A stretch of 63,436 nucleotides of DNA, counting the filler, from Hyphochytrium catenoides (lineage: Eukaryota > Protista > Hyphochytriomycota), in assembly GCA_900088475.1 (NCBI GenBank). It is 9 parts of 9 records of this genome, joined end to end, with 100 filler letters (N's around TTAATTAATTAA, not from the genome) between each part and the next. Parts side by side here need not be neighbours in the genome. Positions count along the whole stretch, not along the records: positions 55,265 to 60,634 come from FLMG01003903.1; positions 60,735 to 61,747 come from FLMG01002717.1; positions 61,848 to 63,436 come from FLMG01000251.1; 6 more parts are not named here. One strand, 5' to 3'. Position numbers and translations under genes: made by a program. Below are positions 59,761-63,436 of this stretch, piece after piece; position 1 is the stretch's first letter, and each line of letters starts with the position of its first letter. The notes below the pieces were generated by a model that made no database searches, was not told the DNA's origin, and saw only the letters and a list, made by a program, of their open reading frames with translations.

Positions 59761-61847
59761 GACTGTTGGAAGAGCAAGAAAGTGCCTCATTTAGAGGGAG
59801 AGGAGAAGACGATATCTTCTCTTGTTGAGAAAAAAGCTAAACATTCCGGGGCTTCGTCTTCATAAAGAGGAAGAGATTCTGACTTCTCTTTTCTTCGGGT
59901 CTCGGCCTGCCATCCCTTTGCCCAACATCTTCCTCCTTGACGGACAGACTTCTTTCCGGTCCCTCTAGCTTGCAGCAGGTCTTTGGCGCTCCTTTTCCTG
60001 CCGAGTTGGCTCTTGGACGCGGCGCTCCTTTTCCTGCCGGAGTTCGCTCTTGGGCACTCCTTTTCCTGCCAGAAATGGCTCTGCTCCGCATTTCTTTTTT
60101 CCCATCACCTTACTACCTTGATGAGATCTATCTACTATGACTTTCGATCTCTCTTAACTCTCCATCCAGTCCCATCTTTGATGAAATGGCAGAGTTGGTT
60201 AGAAGCTCTTCTCGTTGTGGTGCAAATAGCAGAATGAGATCAATGAAGATTATGACCTCGAGCAGAGCTCAATGGACTAATGATACCTAAGTCCTATAAA
60301 GCCTAAATATGCAAAGCTATGAGAATGACATACATGAGAGAAAGCAGAGAGGAACACTCTTAGCAGCGGGGGAGAGTAAAATAGTGTTTGGAAATGATTG
60401 AATGGTCACCAAGGGATCCATCGTCTCAGACAAGAGAATCGGCAATAGATTGGTGGCCAGAAGGAAGGGAAGAAGTAAAGTCGGAAAAAGAAAATGTTCA
60501 AGAAGCAAGAACAAATTTCTAGAGAAATCGTAAGAAAGTAGGTAGGACAAGGAATCAAGAAGAAGAATATTTGTAGTATGTAAGAATAAGAGTGAGTCAA
60601 TGGGTTTAGCTAAGTCTTCGCTTCGGCTGGCCAGNNNNNNNNNNNNNNNNNNNNNNNNNNNNNNNNNNNNNNNNNNNNTTAATTAATTAANNNNNNNNNN
60701 NNNNNNNNNNNNNNNNNNNNNNNNNNNNNNNNNNCAGGGCTCCCCAAGGGGGCGGTGTCAATGTAACCTCACTGGAGGCCTCACCACCAATACAGCCATC
60801 TATAAAAAAAAAGAGTATTAATGTCGAGAATGATAGAGGAAGGCAAGCACGTGGTAGGAGATAAGGAGCTTGATTCTTACTTTCCTTGTTGAGAGAGTCC
60901 AATTATGGTCAATGCCTTTGGAGATCTCCTTCAGTGCGGCCAAGAGTATCATAAGATCTCACATGCCAAGAAAGGATCTCATAAGGATAAGCACTGCCCT
61001 CTTGTCACAGCTGTGAACTGATGATATGCGGCGGCGCAGGACGGTCGGCTAGTAATATATTATGCATAGCGAGGAAGTATAGTGCTCAACCATAACTCGA
61101 GCAACTTGTTTATAATCCTTCAGTCAAGTTCATCTTTATTGTGGCCAACGGGATAGCGAACGTACACACCAGCGACACATGAGAGTGCTTAACCATAAAC
61201 ACAAACTCTCTTCTTGATCCTTTGCCCAGCTCTCTATTTTTTTATAAAGGTCCCCGCTCTTGATCCCACTGTTCAACTCTACAATCTCTAGTGTTGCGCA
61301 TAATTGAGCGAACTGGATGCATCACATAGCGCACACCACCAGCTACTGAGCTTATCTCCATTATCCCTGAAAGGACCCGAGCAGAGAGATCCCTGGATAC
61401 CATGCGCTAGGGCAGACTAAGAGATCAATATCGAGGATAAGCTCAAAATTGGAGAAAAAAGAGAGCGGAAAGTCTTGGTCCTCCTGCGTCTTGATCTCTC
61501 ATTCCAAGATCGCGGACATGCACCAAGTGGACACTCTACCGCCGTCACTACTGCTGTGACTTGTTGAGAGTTGAGGGTCGGCCCGGGCTTATAAACCCTG
61601 CCTCACCTAGTCCATTGGGGACAGTTTGCCATAGGTATATTCAGCCACCAACAAGAGCGAAGGGTCGCCTCCTGGAGGTTCGTGGTCCAGTCCAGGTATA
61701 TCCTGGACCTGCTACTATTAACGCTCCTCACACTGACCCGCGGATAANNNNNNNNNNNNNNNNNNNNNNNNNNNNNNNNNNNNNNNNNNNNTTAATTAAT
61801 TAANNNNNNNNNNNNNNNNNNNNNNNNNNNNNNNNNNNNNNNNNNNN

Positions 61848-62100
61848 ATCATCGTCTCTCTCAGCCCAGCGACGCTTCTCTGGGAGAGACGAGGGACAAG
61901 ATCATCGTTGAAAACGAAAGAGAAGACAAAGTCTTTGCACCATTCTCCCCCTCTCTCGTCCAGAAGCGGAGGAGGAGCAAAAGCGTAGCAGAAAATGTTA
62001 GGGAAGGAGCTCTTGAGCAGGAGAGAGACGATAACGGCCAGGCCTGCGCCCATAGAGTGTCCTGTCAGCACCAAGCGATAATTGTTTGGGCCTGCGGGAG

Positions 62101-62140
<40 letters not shown>

Positions 62141-62628
62141 AGGAGAGACCAAGGCACACACACAGACGGAGACGGATGGTGAGATGGTAAAAAGAAAGAG
62201 CCGCCAGACAACAGACAGACAGAAAGACGAGAGAGAAGGAGACAGTCAGAAAAAGAGGAGAGAGAGAGAGAAAGAGAGAGAAGGAGAGAGAGAGAAAGAG
62301 AGAGAGAGAGAGAAGGAGAGAGACAGAGACACACAGAGAGACAGAGACACACACACAGAGAGAGAGAGAGAGGGGGAGAGAGAGAGAGAGAGAGNNNNNN
62401 NNNNNNNNNNNNNNAGAGAGAGAGAGAGAGAGAGAGAGAGCATATGCCAACAGATGGAGAATTAGAAAAACAAGAGAGAGTAAGCACCGGGCTAACAGGA
62501 CCAACCTAAGGAGAAATATAAGAGAAAAAGGGAAACCATTGACGGCAAGGAGATACAAACGCGAGAAAGGAGAATACGGGAGAGAAGTCAGAGGGGGAGG
62601 GGCTACAGAAGAGAGAAAGAGAAAAAAC

Positions 62629-62672
<44 letters not shown>

Positions 62673-62864
62673 AGAGAAAAGAGAGAAAAGAGAGAGAGTG
62701 TGTGTCGTTACCTCGCAAGTATTGTTCTAGAATCTCTCTCCTTTTCCCGTGCATGAGATGTTTGAAGAGATGTCTGGCGCTTCTCAAGAGGCCTTTGTGA
62801 GTGTAGGAAGGGAAAGGAAACGGAACTTCTCTCTCAGAGAACATTTCCACCACCGCCAAACCGT
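61848..62864 (-). CDS. Class 3 lipase (DAG-lipase-like), partial; exons 62864-62712 and 62091-61848
   Basis: YTHKGLLRSA, nucleophile elbow LVLTGHSMGAG, CYAFAPPP and NDDLVPRLS. The GT-AG splice joins in frame. Confidence 0.9.
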
Positions 62865-63348
62865 CTAGCGACCCATGGGGAGAGGGCGAGAGAGAGAGAG
62901 AGAGAGAGAAGAAGAGAGAGACAGAGGAGAAAAACAGAGAGACACAGAGAGAGAGAGAAAAGGGAGAGAAGAAGAGAGAGACAGAGGAGAGACAGAAAGA
63001 GAGACAGAGAGAAAAAGGGTGAGAGTGATTTGGAGAGGGGAGAGAGACAGAGAGAGAGAGAGAGAAAAGGGAGAGACAGAGAGAAAGAGAGACAGGAGAG
63101 ACAGAGAGAGAGACAGAGAGAACAAAGTGGTGAGAGTGAGAGGGTAGAAACGAAAGAGTTTTTTGGGGATTCAGGTAGGGAGAGAGGGGAAGAAAGAGAC
63201 TCGATGAGAAGAAACAGCTTCAGAGAAGACCTACAACGAGATTAAAGTAGAGAAGAGAGAGAGAAAGGATAAAGCAAAGAGACAGAAGAGAAGCGAGAGA
63301 GAGCGCAGGAACAGAGAGGGAGAAGTGTTGCATAAAGGCATTTTCATG

Positions 63349-63388
<40 letters not shown>

Positions 63389-63436
63389 TCACTGAGGCAA
63401 GACACGAGCAGTGAGAAAGAGAGAGAGAGAGAGAGA

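Noticed and set aside
60735-61747. Possible LTR start (AAGGGGGCGG|TGTCA) and retroelement relic
   Set aside because: No second copy, LTR end or protein motif could be confirmed.

Overview
Fragmented eukaryotic assembly, probably a fungus or fungus-like microbe (inferred from gene content), extremely rich in (CT)n/(GA)n microsatellites. Eight artificial N44-TTAATTAATTAA-N44 linkers join separate contigs, so adjacency across them is unreliable. Host genes: an intronless secreted S8 subtilisin, a secreted Ala-rich/Pro-rich repeat protein, a TRPV-like ankyrin channel gene with no visible pore, an R2R3-Myb factor, an intronless bacterial-type aromatic-L-amino-acid decarboxylase (likely horizontal transfer), a multi-exon coiled-coil/FN3-like gene and a class 3 lipase fragment. 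Segment 40774-53720 is almost free of microsatellites and is a nest of Copia remnants, four LTR families with readable 5-bp TSDs, and a DIRS/Ngaro tyrosine-recombinase retrotransposon. The main finding is a miniature LTR element (TRIM, 51199-51750, with further LTR copies at 47683-47938 and 40774-40923). Its LTRs carry an 81-nt tRNA-like Pol III gene, and its primer-binding site (TGGTGTACGCTCCG) is the exact complement of that RNA's 3' end plus CCA, so the element appears to encode its own reverse-transcription primer. An intron-containing tyrosine recombinase pseudogene lies near degenerate CCCTAA repeats.
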